Shown here: positions 9,701-19,959 of the stretch, one piece after another
Position numbering within the stretch: position 1 is the stretch's first letter
Layout: each line of letters begins with the position of its first letter
Origin: an uncultured Candidatus Saccharibacteria bacterium
GTDB lineage: Bacteria; Patescibacteriota; Minisyncoccia; UBA6257; 2-01-FULL-56-20
Direction of reading: 5' to 3'
NCBI GenBank assembly: GCA_964361095.1
Contig: CAYHZA010000005.1
Span: 19,080-67,102 of the forward strand
Length of the DNA: 48,023 nt
The notes under the pieces: model-generated
Database searches by the model: none
What the model was told of the DNA's origin: nothing
Seen by the model: the letters and a program-made list of their open reading frames with translations, nothing else
Program-made: the position numbers and the translations under genes

Positions 9701-10945
9701 ATGAGACAGTCTGAATTATTCACGAAATCCGAGCGTGCGTTTCCCAAAGACGAGGTTTCTTTGAACGCGAAACTTTTGACGCGAGCGGGGTATATCCGAA
9801 AACTTTCGGCGGGCATTTACGCGTATTTGCCGCTCGGTTTACGGGTCATTCAGAACATCGCGCGGGTTATCCGCGAAGAGATGGATGCCGTCGGCGGACA
9901 GGAATTATTCCTTTCGGCGCTCGTTCCGAAAAAATATTTGGAAGCGACGGGGCGCGCGGATTTGGAAGTGGGATTCGAGGTGCGTGGAAAGGGAGACGAA
10001 CGCGCCAATTTTATTTTGGGGTGGAGCCACGAAGATGTCTTGACCGCTCTCGCCTCCAAGTTCGTGGAATCCTACAAAGACCTTCCGTTTGCGGCTTATC
10101 AGATACAGACGAAATTCCGGAATGAGGCTCGTCCGCAGAGCGGACTGCTTCGGGGCAGGGAGTTCTTGATGAAAGATCTCTACAGCTTCCATGCGTCCGA
10201 AGATGACCTCTATCGCTACTATGATGAAGTAAAAAGGGCTTATGAGCGCATATTCTCGCGCCTGGGTCTTACGACGGTATATACGCTCGCGGCGGGCGGC
10301 GATTTTACCATTAATAATACGCATGAATTTCAGGTAGTCGCCGACGTGGGTGAGGATACTATTTTTGTTTGCGAGGCGTGCGGCTACGCGGAAAATGCGG
10401 AGATCTCGAAACTTGAAAACGGAGATAAATGTCCGAAGTGCGAGGGGAAGGTAAAAAGCGCGCGAGCCATCGAAGTAGGAAATATTTTTCCTTTGGGGAC
10501 GCGGTATTCGGAGCCGCTCGGACTTTTGTATACGGGCGAGGACGGAAAGAAAAAACCGGTAGTGATGGGTTCTTACGGAATCGGTATCGGAAGAGTGATG
10601 GGCACGATTACCGAAATTATGAGTGATGAAAAGGGACTCGTTTGGCCGGAGACGGTGGCGCCGTTTCGGGTGCATCTTTTGGAATTGGGAGGCGCGTCCG
10701 CGGAGAAACTTTATAACGATTTACAAAAAGCAAACGTTACAGTACTCTATGACGACAGAGATATCTCGGCCGGCGAGAAACTTAACGATGCGGACTTGCT
10801 TGGTATCCCCTGGCGGGCGGTGGTAAGCCCGAAGACCGGCGATAAGGTGGAGTTGAAGAAGAGGAGCGAGAAAGAGGCGCACATGATAGAAGCGGGGGTT
10901 TTCTTGGAGCGGATGTCTCGCGGAGAAAAGCGGGAGAATATATAA
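9701..10945 (+). CDS. proS: Proline--tRNA ligase (short form without INS editing domain)
   Basis: MRQSELF, LLTRAGYI, QTKFRNEARPQSGLLRGREFLMKDLYSF, IEVGNIF, MGSYGIG. Confidence 0.95.
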   Translation: MRQSELFTKSERAFPKDEVSLNAKLLTRAGYIRKLSAGIYAYLPLGLRVIQNIARVIREEMDAVGGQELFLSALVPKKYLEATGRADLEVGFEVRGKGDERANFILGWSHEDVLTALASKFVESYKDLPFAAYQIQTKFRNEARPQSGLLRGREFLMKDLYSFHASEDDLYRYYDEVKRAYERIFSRLGLTTVYTLAAGGDFTINNTHEFQVVADVGEDTIFVCEACGYAENAEISKLENGDKCPKCEGKVKSARAIEVGNIFPLGTRYSEPLGLLYTGEDGKKKPVVMGSYGIGIGRVMGTITEIMSDEKGLVWPETVAPFRVHLLELGGASAEKLYNDLQKANVTVLYDDRDISAGEKLNDADLLGIPWRAVVSPKTGDKVELKKRSEKEAHMIEAGVFLERMSRGEKRENI

Positions 10946-10965
10946 GATACAATCAAATTACTATC

Positions 10966-12009
10966 GTGAAAATTTTTGATCATTTTTTTAAAGACGTAGG
11001 CATTGATCTGGGAACCGCAAATTCATTGATCTACCTGAAGAGTCGGGGCATTGTGGTCAACGAGCCTTCGTTTGCGGCAATCAATACGAAAACGAACCAA
11101 ATTCTCGCGGTAGGCGATGAGGCGAAAAAGATGTCGAATCGAACTCCCGGGCACATCAGCGTTATTCGTCCGCTGGTAAGCGGCGTGATTTCCGATTTCG
11201 AGATGACACAGGAAATGCTTCGGCAATTTTTGAAACGAGTGAGTCAGGGACCCATCTCAAGTTTCAGAAGGGGAATCTTGGCGATTCCGGACAACCTTAC
11301 CGAGGTTGAACGAAAATCGATCGAGGATGTCGTTTTAAACGCCGGTTGCGGAAAAGTATATCTTGTTCAGGCTCCGGTTGCCGCGGCGATGGGGGCAAAT
11401 TTACCCATCGAAGTTCCTACGGCAAGTCTTATTGTTGATATCGGGGGAGGAACAACGGATATCGCGGTAATTTCTATGGGGGGACCGGTGGTTTCGCGAA
11501 CCTTAAAGATTGCGGGTGATAAATTCAATGATGATATCGTGCGCTATGTTCGCGAGGAATTCGGGTTGATCATCGGCGAACCGACGGCCGAACTCGCGAA
11601 AATTTCCGTAGGTTCGGCTATGCCGCTTGATGAACGCCTAGAGATTCCTTTGCGCGGGCGTGATTTTTCGACCGGCTTGCCCAAGGAGGTCATCATAAAA
11701 AATAACCATATCCGTTCGGCGCTCGCGAAATCGCTCGACGCGATTACCGATTCGATCAAGGAAGTGATCGCGCTTACTCCTCCGGAGCTTGTAGGCGACA
11801 TGATAAAAGAGGGTATTCATATTTGCGGGGGCGGAGCGCTTTTGCGCGGGATTGACCGCTTGATCGAAAAGGAAACTTCGATTACGACGACCATCGCCGA
11901 AGATCCTTTGACGTGTGTGACGCGGGGATTAGGCAGGATTGTTGATAATTTTGACCTTTACAAGAAATACCTCGATAACCCCCTGCGACCCCTTACAATA
12001 AATTTGTAA
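10966..12009 (+). CDS. mreB: Rod shape-determining protein MreB
   Basis: GIDLGTAN, IVDIGGGTTDIAVIS, GGGALLRG. Confidence 0.96.
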   Translation: MKIFDHFFKDVGIDLGTANSLIYLKSRGIVVNEPSFAAINTKTNQILAVGDEAKKMSNRTPGHISVIRPLVSGVISDFEMTQEMLRQFLKRVSQGPISSFRRGILAIPDNLTEVERKSIEDVVLNAGCGKVYLVQAPVAAAMGANLPIEVPTASLIVDIGGGTTDIAVISMGGPVVSRTLKIAGDKFNDDIVRYVREEFGLIIGEPTAELAKISVGSAMPLDERLEIPLRGRDFSTGLPKEVIIKNNHIRSALAKSLDAITDSIKEVIALTPPELVGDMIKEGIHICGGGALLRGIDRLIEKETSITTTIAEDPLTCVTRGLGRIVDNFDLYKKYLDNPLRPLTINL

Positions 12010-12076
12010 GGCTGTTCTTTTTTTTGTCTTTTGGCTTTTCAACCGGCTTCGGCGTAAGATTATAAAAACATCCCCT

Positions 12077-12754
12077 ATGACGCGTCGCGGTAACGTTATT
12101 TTTATTGTTTTTTCTTGTATTCTGCTTTTTCTTATTTTTTGGCAACCCAAGGCAGGGTGGTCTTTTCGTGAATTTCTTTTAGGTAACACGATTCAAAGAT
12201 CAAGAAATCCTAACGGCATTTTGCTCGAAAACGACGCATTGAGGGCGGAGCTCGCGAAGTTACAGGATATTAAAAATAAAATCGAGGTATGGTCACCGGA
12301 ATATTTTGCCGTTCCGGTTTACGTCGGGCGATATCCCTTTAATTTAAGAAGCGAACTCACGCTTGCCGCAGGCAGGAACGAAGGACTTCGCGCGAATCAG
12401 CCTGTATTTTTGAATAAAGTTTTTATCGGATTGATTAAGGATGTTTTCGAAGATAAAGCGACGGTAAAAACTATTTTCGATGCGTCATGGAAATCGGCAG
12501 TGCGCATCGGCGCTTCCGGCATTGAGGGGCTCCTCGTGGGAGGGAATCAGCCGACCGTAACGTTGATCGACAAACAGGCGGACGTAAAAGAAGGCGATAT
12601 TGTGTACGCCGCCTTTCCTGGTACTCCTTATGGGGCGGCAATCGGGGAAATTAAGAGTGCCCGCCTTTCTCAAAACCAACTTTTTCAAGAGGCAGAAATT
12701 GATTTTTCCTATCAAATCAACGAGGTACGCGCCGTTTTGATCCCTAAACCGTAA
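12077..12754 (+). CDS. mreC: Rod shape-determining protein MreC
   Basis: TM, then coiled coil (LENDALRAEL), then beta domain; directly follows mreB. Confidence 0.85.
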   Translation: MTRRGNVIFIVFSCILLFLIFWQPKAGWSFREFLLGNTIQRSRNPNGILLENDALRAELAKLQDIKNKIEVWSPEYFAVPVYVGRYPFNLRSELTLAAGRNEGLRANQPVFLNKVFIGLIKDVFEDKATVKTIFDASWKSAVRIGASGIEGLLVGGNQPTVTLIDKQADVKEGDIVYAAFPGTPYGAAIGEIKSARLSQNQLFQEAEIDFSYQINEVRAVLIPKP

Positions 12755-12768
12755 GCTTTTTAAGGAGT

Positions 12769-13239
12769 ATGCGTTCTACAAGAAATAATGTATTCGGAAA
12801 ACTGGCGCTCGTGATCGGCATCGCTTTTCTGGCTTTTTTTCTGACGTTACGCTATGAAACACTCTTCGGAACACGGCCGGATTTTTTACTCGCGACGTTG
12901 GTAGCCGCCTCTTTTTTCCTCACGTTTCCGGCCTTTGTCGTTGTTGTCCTTTTCGAGATTTTTCTCATTAATTGGGTTCCTGTCCTCACGCCGGAAATCA
13001 TTGTCTTCGGAGTACTACCCCCTGTGATTTTTTTCTTCAGAAAGATTATATTTCCGTTTGACGGATGGATGTGGAATCTTGTCGCAACGTTCCTATGCAT
13101 CGTTCTTTTCTATGGCATTACCGGTTTTGGGATTGCGCTCGAAAATGTTTCTTCATTTTTCGGGAATACCGCGGTGAGCCTTATGTTCGGAGCTCTTATA
13201 TTTCGGTTATTCGGTTATTTTTATGAAGAGATAAGATGA
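12769..13239 (+). CDS. mreD: MreD-like membrane protein
   Basis: Highly hydrophobic, RPDFLL motif, located between mreC and PBP2. Confidence 0.6.
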   Translation: MRSTRNNVFGKLALVIGIAFLAFFLTLRYETLFGTRPDFLLATLVAASFFLTFPAFVVVVLFEIFLINWVPVLTPEIIVFGVLPPVIFFFRKIIFPFDGWMWNLVATFLCIVLFYGITGFGIALENVSSFFGNTAVSLMFGALIFRLFGYFYEEIR

Positions 13240-15164
13240 TGATAAAGTTTAGAAATTTTTTTAGGTTTTTCAAACACAAGCTTCCTTTTGTGAAAAAATC
13301 TCATCGTGAACTTTTTATCGAAGAAACGCTCGGCGAAGCGTTCGGAGAATATGCGGAATTGGTTGAAGTTCCTCTCGCGAAGCGGACGATTATCGTTTCG
13401 GGCATTATCTTTTTTCTGGTGGGGAGTTTGGTAGCGGGGCGTATTCTTATGATCGCGAGTCAGGCGGGGGCGTACACAAAACAGTCGGCCATCAATGCCG
13501 CGGAGCGACAAGAACTTATCGCGCCGCGCGGACTGATCCACGACCGCTTCGGGAAAATTCTTGCGGAGAACAAGCCGAGCTTTCTTTTGTATCTTGATGT
13601 GAAGGAATTTTTGAAGCATCCGGAACTCACAACGGACGTTTTTGAAGCAGTACAAAAAAACGCGGGATTAAGCGCGGAAGAGATAGGGAATCTTCTAAAA
13701 AACGCGGAGTTGACCCAACGTTCCGGAAAGATACTCCTCGTAAACGATCTCTCGCAATCGGCGCTCATTGCTCTGAAGAGTCTGAATCTTTCGCCGTTGT
13801 ATATTGAAGATGGATTTAAGCGTTATTATCCCTACGGCAAAACGTTCGCTTCGGTTATCGGATATACCGCCGCGGTAAGCGGAAAAGATTTGGAAAAAGA
13901 CCCTACGCTCGGTGATCAAGCCCAAATTGGCCGTACCGGCATTGAGGCATTTTATGACAAGGTCTTGCGGGGCACGACCGGCGTCATACGGCAGTTCAGA
14001 AATGCCCATGGCGAGGCCGTGGGCGATGCGGAAGTAAAAGAACCGGAGATCGGGGCGCCTCTTCGTCTTACGCTTGACGCGGAGTTTCAAGAGTATTTCT
14101 CTAAGCGTTTTACGGAAGGATTGCGGGTGCTCGGGCGTACAACAGGAGTCGGCATTGCCATAAATCCGCAAACGGGAGAAATTTTAGCGCTTCTGAACTT
14201 TCCTGGTTTTGACCATAATATTTTTTCCGGTTCGGGACATAACGACGAGAAAAAGGAACTTCTCAATTCCCCGTTGCGTCCGCTTTTTAACAGGGCAATT
14301 TCCGGTTTTTATAACCCCGGTTCCACAATAAAACCGTTGGTTGGCGTTGCGGCTCTTAAAGAAGGAGTTATTCGCCCCGATCGAACGATTTTTTCTCCCG
14401 GTTATCTCGACGTTCCGAACCCGTATGATCCGGAGAAACCGACGCGCTTTCTCGATTGGCGCTATCAGGGCGATGTGAACATCACCTCCGCAATCGCTCA
14501 ATCAAGCAACGTTTATTTTTATACAGTAGGGGGAGGTTTTGGAGACATAAAGGGCTTAGGCATTAGTCGTTTGGTGGAATGGTGGAAAAAGTTCGGATTG
14601 GGAAGTTCAACCGGGGTTGATTTGCCCGGCGAAGCGGATGGATTTTTGCCGAACCCCCAAGAAAAAGAAAAAAAGACCGGTCGGCCGTGGCTTTTGGGGG
14701 ACACATTTAACGTCTCGATAGGCCAAGGTGATCTTCTTCTCACGCCGCTTCAGATTATAAACTACATAAGCGGGATAAGTACTGGCGGGATTATACGCCG
14801 TCCATTTTTGAATGCCAATGAGAGAATACCTGAAGTGCTTGCAGACCTTACATTGCTCGCACCGGAAATTAAAGAGGTTCAAAAGGGAATGCGCTCTGCG
14901 GTAGAGGCTCCCTTGGGCACTGCGTATCTTTTAAAGAATCTTCCCTTTCGTGTCGCCGCAAAGACCGGTAGCGCGCAGATCCAGAATAATACGCAGGAAA
15001 ATGCGTTTTTTGTCGGATATGCTCCGGCGGGCGCGGATGAAAAACCACAAATAGCAATTTTGGTGCTTATCGAACGATCTCGTGAGGGAAGTTTAAACAC
15101 CTTGCCGATCGCCAAAGACACGCTCAATTGGTATTATGAACATAGGGTAAAAAATGAAAAATAG
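13236..15164 (+). CDS. mrdA: Penicillin-binding protein 2 (class B transpeptidase)
   Basis: APRGLIHDRFG, PGSTIKP (SxxK), SSN, SIGQG, KTGSAQ. Confidence 0.9.
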   Translation: MMIKFRNFFRFFKHKLPFVKKSHRELFIEETLGEAFGEYAELVEVPLAKRTIIVSGIIFFLVGSLVAGRILMIASQAGAYTKQSAINAAERQELIAPRGLIHDRFGKILAENKPSFLLYLDVKEFLKHPELTTDVFEAVQKNAGLSAEEIGNLLKNAELTQRSGKILLVNDLSQSALIALKSLNLSPLYIEDGFKRYYPYGKTFASVIGYTAAVSGKDLEKDPTLGDQAQIGRTGIEAFYDKVLRGTTGVIRQFRNAHGEAVGDAEVKEPEIGAPLRLTLDAEFQEYFSKRFTEGLRVLGRTTGVGIAINPQTGEILALLNFPGFDHNIFSGSGHNDEKKELLNSPLRPLFNRAISGFYNPGSTIKPLVGVAALKEGVIRPDRTIFSPGYLDVPNPYDPEKPTRFLDWRYQGDVNITSAIAQSSNVYFYTVGGGFGDIKGLGISRLVEWWKKFGLGSSTGVDLPGEADGFLPNPQEKEKKTGRPWLLGDTFNVSIGQGDLLLTPLQIINYISGISTGGIIRRPFLNANERIPEVLADLTLLAPEIKEVQKGMRSAVEAPLGTAYLLKNLPFRVAAKTGSAQIQNNTQENAFFVGYAPAGADEKPQIAILVLIERSREGSLNTLPIAKDTLNWYYEHRVKNEK

Positions 15165-16167
15165 AAAAAATAGCGACATGAGCGATTTACGTCAAGATCC
15201 GGTATCAAAAGATTGGATTATTATAGCTCCCGGCCGAGCGCAACGTCCGCATGTATTGGTTGCCGAGAAGAAAAAAAAGAGGTACTCCTCGCCGCAAGCT
15301 GCGTGTCCCTTTGAGGATCTCGAAAAAAGCGGAAATTGGCCGCCGATTTTAAGTTATCCAAACGAAAAAAAATGGGAAGCGGTGGTAATCCCGAATAAAT
15401 ATCCGGCGCTCGTGCACCGCGAGGCATGTCCCGTGTTTTACAAGCGTGGCCCTTATGAGCTTACTTCAGGAATCGGACACCATGATTTACTTGTAACCCG
15501 TAACCATACCAAAAATATCGCCGATCTTCCGATTAAAAAAGCAGTCGAAACATTCCAATTGCTTCAAAAAAGATATCGGATTTTATCCGAAGATAAGTGT
15601 TTGGTGTATGCCTCATCATTTTTTAACTGGGGTCCTTCGGCAGGGGCTTCAGTAACCCACCCTCACTATCAAGTGCTTACGTTGCCCATTATCCCTCCCC
15701 ATATTCAACATTCGCTCGACGGTTCGCGCGATTATTTTAGGAAGCATCATAAGTGTGTTCATTGCGCGGTGATTCGTTACGAGATTAAAGAAAAAAGCCG
15801 CGTAATCGGGGAGAATCGCCACGCGGTTGCCGTGAATCCTTTTGTCTCACAAAATCCTTTTGAAATTCGAATTTTCCCCAAACGACACCTTCCTTTTTTC
15901 GAGAAAACCTCGACGGCCGATATCCAAGGTATTGTGGCATTGTTGCAACAGTCGATACGTCAGATCCGAAAGCACTTAAAAGATCCCGATTTCAACTTTT
16001 TCATCCATACCGCTCCGATAAAAAAACAAAATCTTTACCGCTACTATCATTGGCATATCGAATTGGTTCCCAAAGTTTCGATTCCTGCAGGATTTGAACT
16101 TTCGACCGGAGTCGAAATCAATGCTGTTGATCCCAATGACGCGGCCGCCCTGTTCCGAAAGAAATGA
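15154..16167 (+). CDS. galT: Galactose-1-phosphate uridylyltransferase family protein
   Basis: LRQDP..W.IIAP.R..RP, CPF, NKYPAL, GASVTHPHYQ, YHWHIE. Confidence 0.88.
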   Translation: MKNRKNSDMSDLRQDPVSKDWIIIAPGRAQRPHVLVAEKKKKRYSSPQAACPFEDLEKSGNWPPILSYPNEKKWEAVVIPNKYPALVHREACPVFYKRGPYELTSGIGHHDLLVTRNHTKNIADLPIKKAVETFQLLQKRYRILSEDKCLVYASSFFNWGPSAGASVTHPHYQVLTLPIIPPHIQHSLDGSRDYFRKHHKCVHCAVIRYEIKEKSRVIGENRHAVAVNPFVSQNPFEIRIFPKRHLPFFEKTSTADIQGIVALLQQSIRQIRKHLKDPDFNFFIHTAPIKKQNLYRYYHWHIELVPKVSIPAGFELSTGVEINAVDPNDAAALFRKK

Positions 16168-16517
16168 AATTTGAAAAATTCGCCGCATATCGGTTTGTCG
16201 GGTCAATATTCGGAGTAAGCGCCGGATTTGTTATAAGCGGTTTTTTGTGGGCTTTTTTCGCGCTGAGGGGTGTCTCGCAACCTCTGGTGATCCACTTTAC
16301 CCATGTCTATGATTATCCCGAAATTAACCAGATCGGTACCGTATGGGATTTGGGGGTTATTGCCGCAGTAGGGATGCTTATCGTGCTTGTAAACGGCGTT
16401 ATTACCCTGGAACTCGAAAAAAAAGATTGGTTTTTGGGGAAACTTTTGGCGATCGGCACCCTCTGCATGAGCATCTTGATTTTTGCCGCCTTTAAGGTTA
16501 TTATAGACGTCAATTAG
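16164..16517 (+). CDS. Hypothetical membrane protein (3 TM)
   Basis: Three hydrophobic segments; ATGA coupling to galT. Confidence 0.75.
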   Translation: MKFEKFAAYRFVGSIFGVSAGFVISGFLWAFFALRGVSQPLVIHFTHVYDYPEINQIGTVWDLGVIAAVGMLIVLVNGVITLELEKKDWFLGKLLAIGTLCMSILIFAAFKVIIDVN

Positions 16518-16542
16518 TCGGACAAGCCAAAGCCATAAAGAA

Positions 16543-16854
16543 ATGGAAAAATTTGCCGTTATAGAATCGGGAGGAAAGCAATATATAGTGACCGACGGAG
16601 AAAATATACGAATCGAAAAAATAACCCCGGAAGCAGGGGAAGATTTTTCTTTCGATAAAGTATTACTTCGGGTAAACGGAGAAAAGATCGAACTGGGAAC
16701 ACCCTATGTTGAAGGAGCAAAGGTAAAAAGTAAGATCGTGCGACAGGGACGCGACGAAAAAAAGATCATTTTTCGCTATCATTCCAAAACCCGCTATCGA
16801 AAAAAGAAGGGTCACCGCCAGCCTTTTACCGAGGTTCAGATTGTAAGCGTTTAA
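16543..16854 (+). CDS. rplU: 50S ribosomal protein L21
   Basis: FAVIESGGKQY, GHRQPFTEV. Confidence 0.97.
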   Translation: MEKFAVIESGGKQYIVTDGENIRIEKITPEAGEDFSFDKVLLRVNGEKIELGTPYVEGAKVKSKIVRQGRDEKKIIFRYHSKTRYRKKKGHRQPFTEVQIVSV

Positions 16855-16889
16855 GGTTATCCCCACCGGACTGATGTCCAAGGAGAACT

Positions 16890-16930
16890 ATCTGCTCTAT
16901 ACTTTTATAAAGGAAGAGCAGATTTTTTTT
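16890..16930 (+). terminator. Intrinsic terminator after rplU
   Basis: ATCTGCTCT...AGAGCAGAT followed by a T-run. Confidence 0.6.
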
Positions 16931-16982
16931 CTCGCATTATTGCTGCGAAAAGCAAGGAATCGCGAATTGGTATACTAAAAGC

Positions 16983-17384
16983 ATGCCCGATCAATTTTCT
17001 CCCGAATTTAAACATGAGACGCTTGAAGCTGATTTACATCGGCTTGCAAATGAGGTAAAGGAGTACCGCAAGGAGTCGGGTAACGAGAACGTTACCGACC
17101 GGGAGCTTTTGAAGCAATCGATCCAAAGGCTTTATCCCACGCTCCCTCAAAAACAAAATTCGCCGCCTGACGATGCACAAAGTCCCTTGCCGGAATATGC
17201 CGCGAACGCATCTTCGGAAACAAAGCTTGAGATTGAATACCTTTTGGACATGGCGTTCCATCAGGGCATAGAAAAAGCGAATGCGTCGGCAAAAGGATCC
17301 AATCCGTTTGTTCTTGACGCGTTCCATGACGCCTTGGCGGGGAAACTGTATCCGGAACTTGAACGAAGAGGGCTTCTTAAATGA
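16983..17384 (+). CDS. Hypothetical protein
   Basis: ORF preceded by TGGTATACT extended -10; LDAFHDAL motif; coupled to the next gene. Confidence 0.75.
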   Translation: MPDQFSPEFKHETLEADLHRLANEVKEYRKESGNENVTDRELLKQSIQRLYPTLPQKQNSPPDDAQSPLPEYAANASSETKLEIEYLLDMAFHQGIEKANASAKGSNPFVLDAFHDALAGKLYPELERRGLLK

Positions 17385-19750
17385 TTTTTAATTTTATCTT
17401 TGGAGCGGTGATCGGCGGTGGGCTTGTCGCGGGTATTTATTTTTTGTTCCGCCGCGCGATCCGCAAGGCGCTTTTTTCGTCTCTGGAGATGCGGCTTTTT
17501 TTGATAAAAATTCCGAAAGAAATTACGCAAAACACGAATGCGAAAGAAGATTTTAAATCGGAGATCGGACGGTTTGAACAGCTTTTGAGCAATCTTTCGT
17601 CATTAAAGCACACTTTTGTATTCGAGGCGGCGGTGCCCCATATCGGAGAGGAGATTCATTTTTATCTCGCGGTTCCCGCGCGATACGGAGAGACGGCGGC
17701 AAAACAGGTGCAGGGATTGTGGAATGGAGCGAGTGTTGAACCAGCTCCACAAGATTACAATATTTTTAACGCCCAAGGCACGACCGTGGCGGCCTACCTT
17801 ACGGAAAAAGAAAGTTATGCTTTGCCGGTGCGGACGTACGCTGAATTGGGAGCGGATTCGTTTAATTCTATCGTTTCGGGTCTCACGAAGGTGAATGAGG
17901 TTGGCGAAGGAGCGGCGATACAGATCGTTGTGCGCCCCGCTCGAAGAGACGTGAAGAAAAAGATCATAGGGCACCTTAGAGCATTGAAGAAAGGCGAGGC
18001 GCTCAGCAAAGTTTTGGGCCATGAATTTCCGCTTAAATTTTCCGAAATTCACGAAGCGTTGAATCCCCAAAAAGAAGTTGATGAAAAGAAAGAACGGGTC
18101 GTTGAAGAAGAAGCCGTAAAGGCACTTGAGGCGAAGATCGCGAAGCCGCTTTTTGAGGTGAATATTCGCCTTCTTACGTCTGCCGGATCTCCTTTCCAAG
18201 CGAATGATCTGCTCGAAGGGCTTGCGGCGGGATTCACCCAGCTTTCGGCTCCCGTGCGAAATGAATTTAGGATAGTAAAACCCCGAAATCCGCAGAAACT
18301 TATTTATCAGTTTGCGTTTCGAAACTTTGATCCGAAGCAGTCGATGATTCTTTCGAGTGAGGAGATTGCGAGTTGCTACCATTTGCCGACATCGCTGACC
18401 GAAACACCGAAAATAAAGTGGTTAAAATCGAAGGAAGCGCCACCGCCCGTTAACTTGCCTTCGGCGGGGGTTTTGATCGGAGAGAGTTCTTTTCGCGGAC
18501 AGACCAAACCGATCTACATTACCGACGAGGATCGACGGAGGCATATTTATGTTGTCGGCCAAACCGGAACGGGTAAGTCGACGCTTTTGGGAAATATGAT
18601 CATTGACGACATCAAAAAAGGGAAGGGGGTCGCGATCATCGATCCGCACGGTGATTTGGCCGAGAGCGCGCTGGGTCTTGTGCCGCAGAATCGCTTGGAA
18701 GATGTTATTTATTTTGATCCTTCGGATCTGTGGAAACCGCTGGGACTCAATATGCTTGACTATAATTTCGAACGGCCCGAAGAAAAGACGTTTATCGTAA
18801 ATGAGATGCAGGGGATTTTTAACAAGCTTTTTCCGCCGGAGACAATGGGCCCCATGTTCGAACAGTATATGCGAAACGCGCTGTTGCTTCTTATGGAAGA
18901 CATGCCAAACGAACCGGCGACCTTGATCGAGGTCCCGCGCGTTTTTACCGATCCCGAATATCGAAAGAGAAAACTGGCGAGGATTCACAATCCCACGCTC
19001 ATTGATTTTTGGGAGAAGGAAGCGGTAAAGGCGGGCGGTGACGCGTCGCTCGCGAATATGACGCCGTACATTACCTCAAAATTCAATAACTTCATCTCGA
19101 ACGATTATATGCGGCCGATCATTGGCCAGCCGAAGTCCGCGTTTAACTTTCGCGCGGTGATGGACGAGGGTAAAATTCTTCTCGTTAATTTATCAAAAGG
19201 AAGGATCGGCGACATTAACGCGGGGCTTTTGGGGATGGTTATTGCCGGGAAGTTACTTATGTCCGCCCTCTCGCGCGTTGATATCGCGGACGCGAATAAA
19301 CGGCGTGACTTTAATCTTTACATCGACGAGTTCCAGAATTTCACCACCGATTCCATTGCAACGATTCTCTCGGAGGCGAGAAAGTATCGGTTGAACCTTA
19401 CGATGGCGCATCAGTTTATTGCTCAGCTTACCGAAAAGATTCGGGACGCGGTATTCGGCAATGTCGGTTCGCAGATTGTTTTTCGCGTGGGAGTGCAGGA
19501 CGCGGAATTTTTGGTAAAACAATTCGAACCGGTGTTCAGCCAGAATGATTTGATAAGCATTGATAATTTCAACGCCTACGCGAAAATTTTGGTTAACGGA
19601 GAGACGACAAAGCCATTCAATATAAAGACGGTAATGTCCAAGCCGGGTAGTGGAGAGTTGAGAAACATGCTCAAGGAATACTCGAGGATGAAATATGGCG
19701 CCGACCGGCAGGAAGTTGAGGATCAAATTTATAAGAGACTTCGGGAATAA
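17381..19750 (+). CDS. VirD4/TraD/TrwB-like (HerA/FtsK superfamily) membrane-anchored ATPase
   Basis: N-terminal TM; RRRHIYVVGQTGTGKS Walker A; IIDPHGD; YIDEFQNF Walker B; LSEARKY; AHQFIAQL. Confidence 0.88.
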   Translation: MIFNFIFGAVIGGGLVAGIYFLFRRAIRKALFSSLEMRLFLIKIPKEITQNTNAKEDFKSEIGRFEQLLSNLSSLKHTFVFEAAVPHIGEEIHFYLAVPARYGETAAKQVQGLWNGASVEPAPQDYNIFNAQGTTVAAYLTEKESYALPVRTYAELGADSFNSIVSGLTKVNEVGEGAAIQIVVRPARRDVKKKIIGHLRALKKGEALSKVLGHEFPLKFSEIHEALNPQKEVDEKKERVVEEEAVKALEAKIAKPLFEVNIRLLTSAGSPFQANDLLEGLAAGFTQLSAPVRNEFRIVKPRNPQKLIYQFAFRNFDPKQSMILSSEEIASCYHLPTSLTETPKIKWLKSKEAPPPVNLPSAGVLIGESSFRGQTKPIYITDEDRRRHIYVVGQTGTGKSTLLGNMIIDDIKKGKGVAIIDPHGDLAESALGLVPQNRLEDVIYFDPSDLWKPLGLNMLDYNFERPEEKTFIVNEMQGIFNKLFPPETMGPMFEQYMRNALLLLMEDMPNEPATLIEVPRVFTDPEYRKRKLARIHNPTLIDFWEKEAVKAGGDASLANMTPYITSKFNNFISNDYMRPIIGQPKSAFNFRAVMDEGKILLVNLSKGRIGDINAGLLGMVIAGKLLMSALSRVDIADANKRRDFNLYIDEFQNFTTDSIATILSEARKYRLNLTMAHQFIAQLTEKIRDAVFGNVGSQIVFRVGVQDAEFLVKQFEPVFSQNDLISIDNFNAYAKILVNGETTKPFNIKTVMSKPGSGELRNMLKEYSRMKYGADRQEVEDQIYKRLRE

Positions 19751-19816
19751 GGAGCACTCGCCTTTTGCTTTTCAGAATCACGGTTCTATTAAAAAACAGA
19801 TAACAATTTTGTGAGT

Positions 19817-19947
19817 TTTTGATTTTTGAGAAGCTTTCGGAGCTCTGACGGGCTTGGTCTCTGATCTTCGATCGGAGCCGTCGGAGCGAGAAGCAGGCGC
19901 GCGGTCCTCGCTGGAAGGAACGCGACGCCGGTTCTCAAAAATTAAAA
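19817..19947. repeat. Structured intergenic element with terminal inverted repeats and nested hairpins
   Basis: TTTTGATTTTTGAGAA (19817-19832) matches TTCTCAAAAATTAAAA (19932-19947) at 15/16 as an inverted repeat. Internal stem GCTCTGACGG...CCGTCGGAGC. Confidence 0.65.
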
Positions 19948-19959
19948 GCGAACATATCC

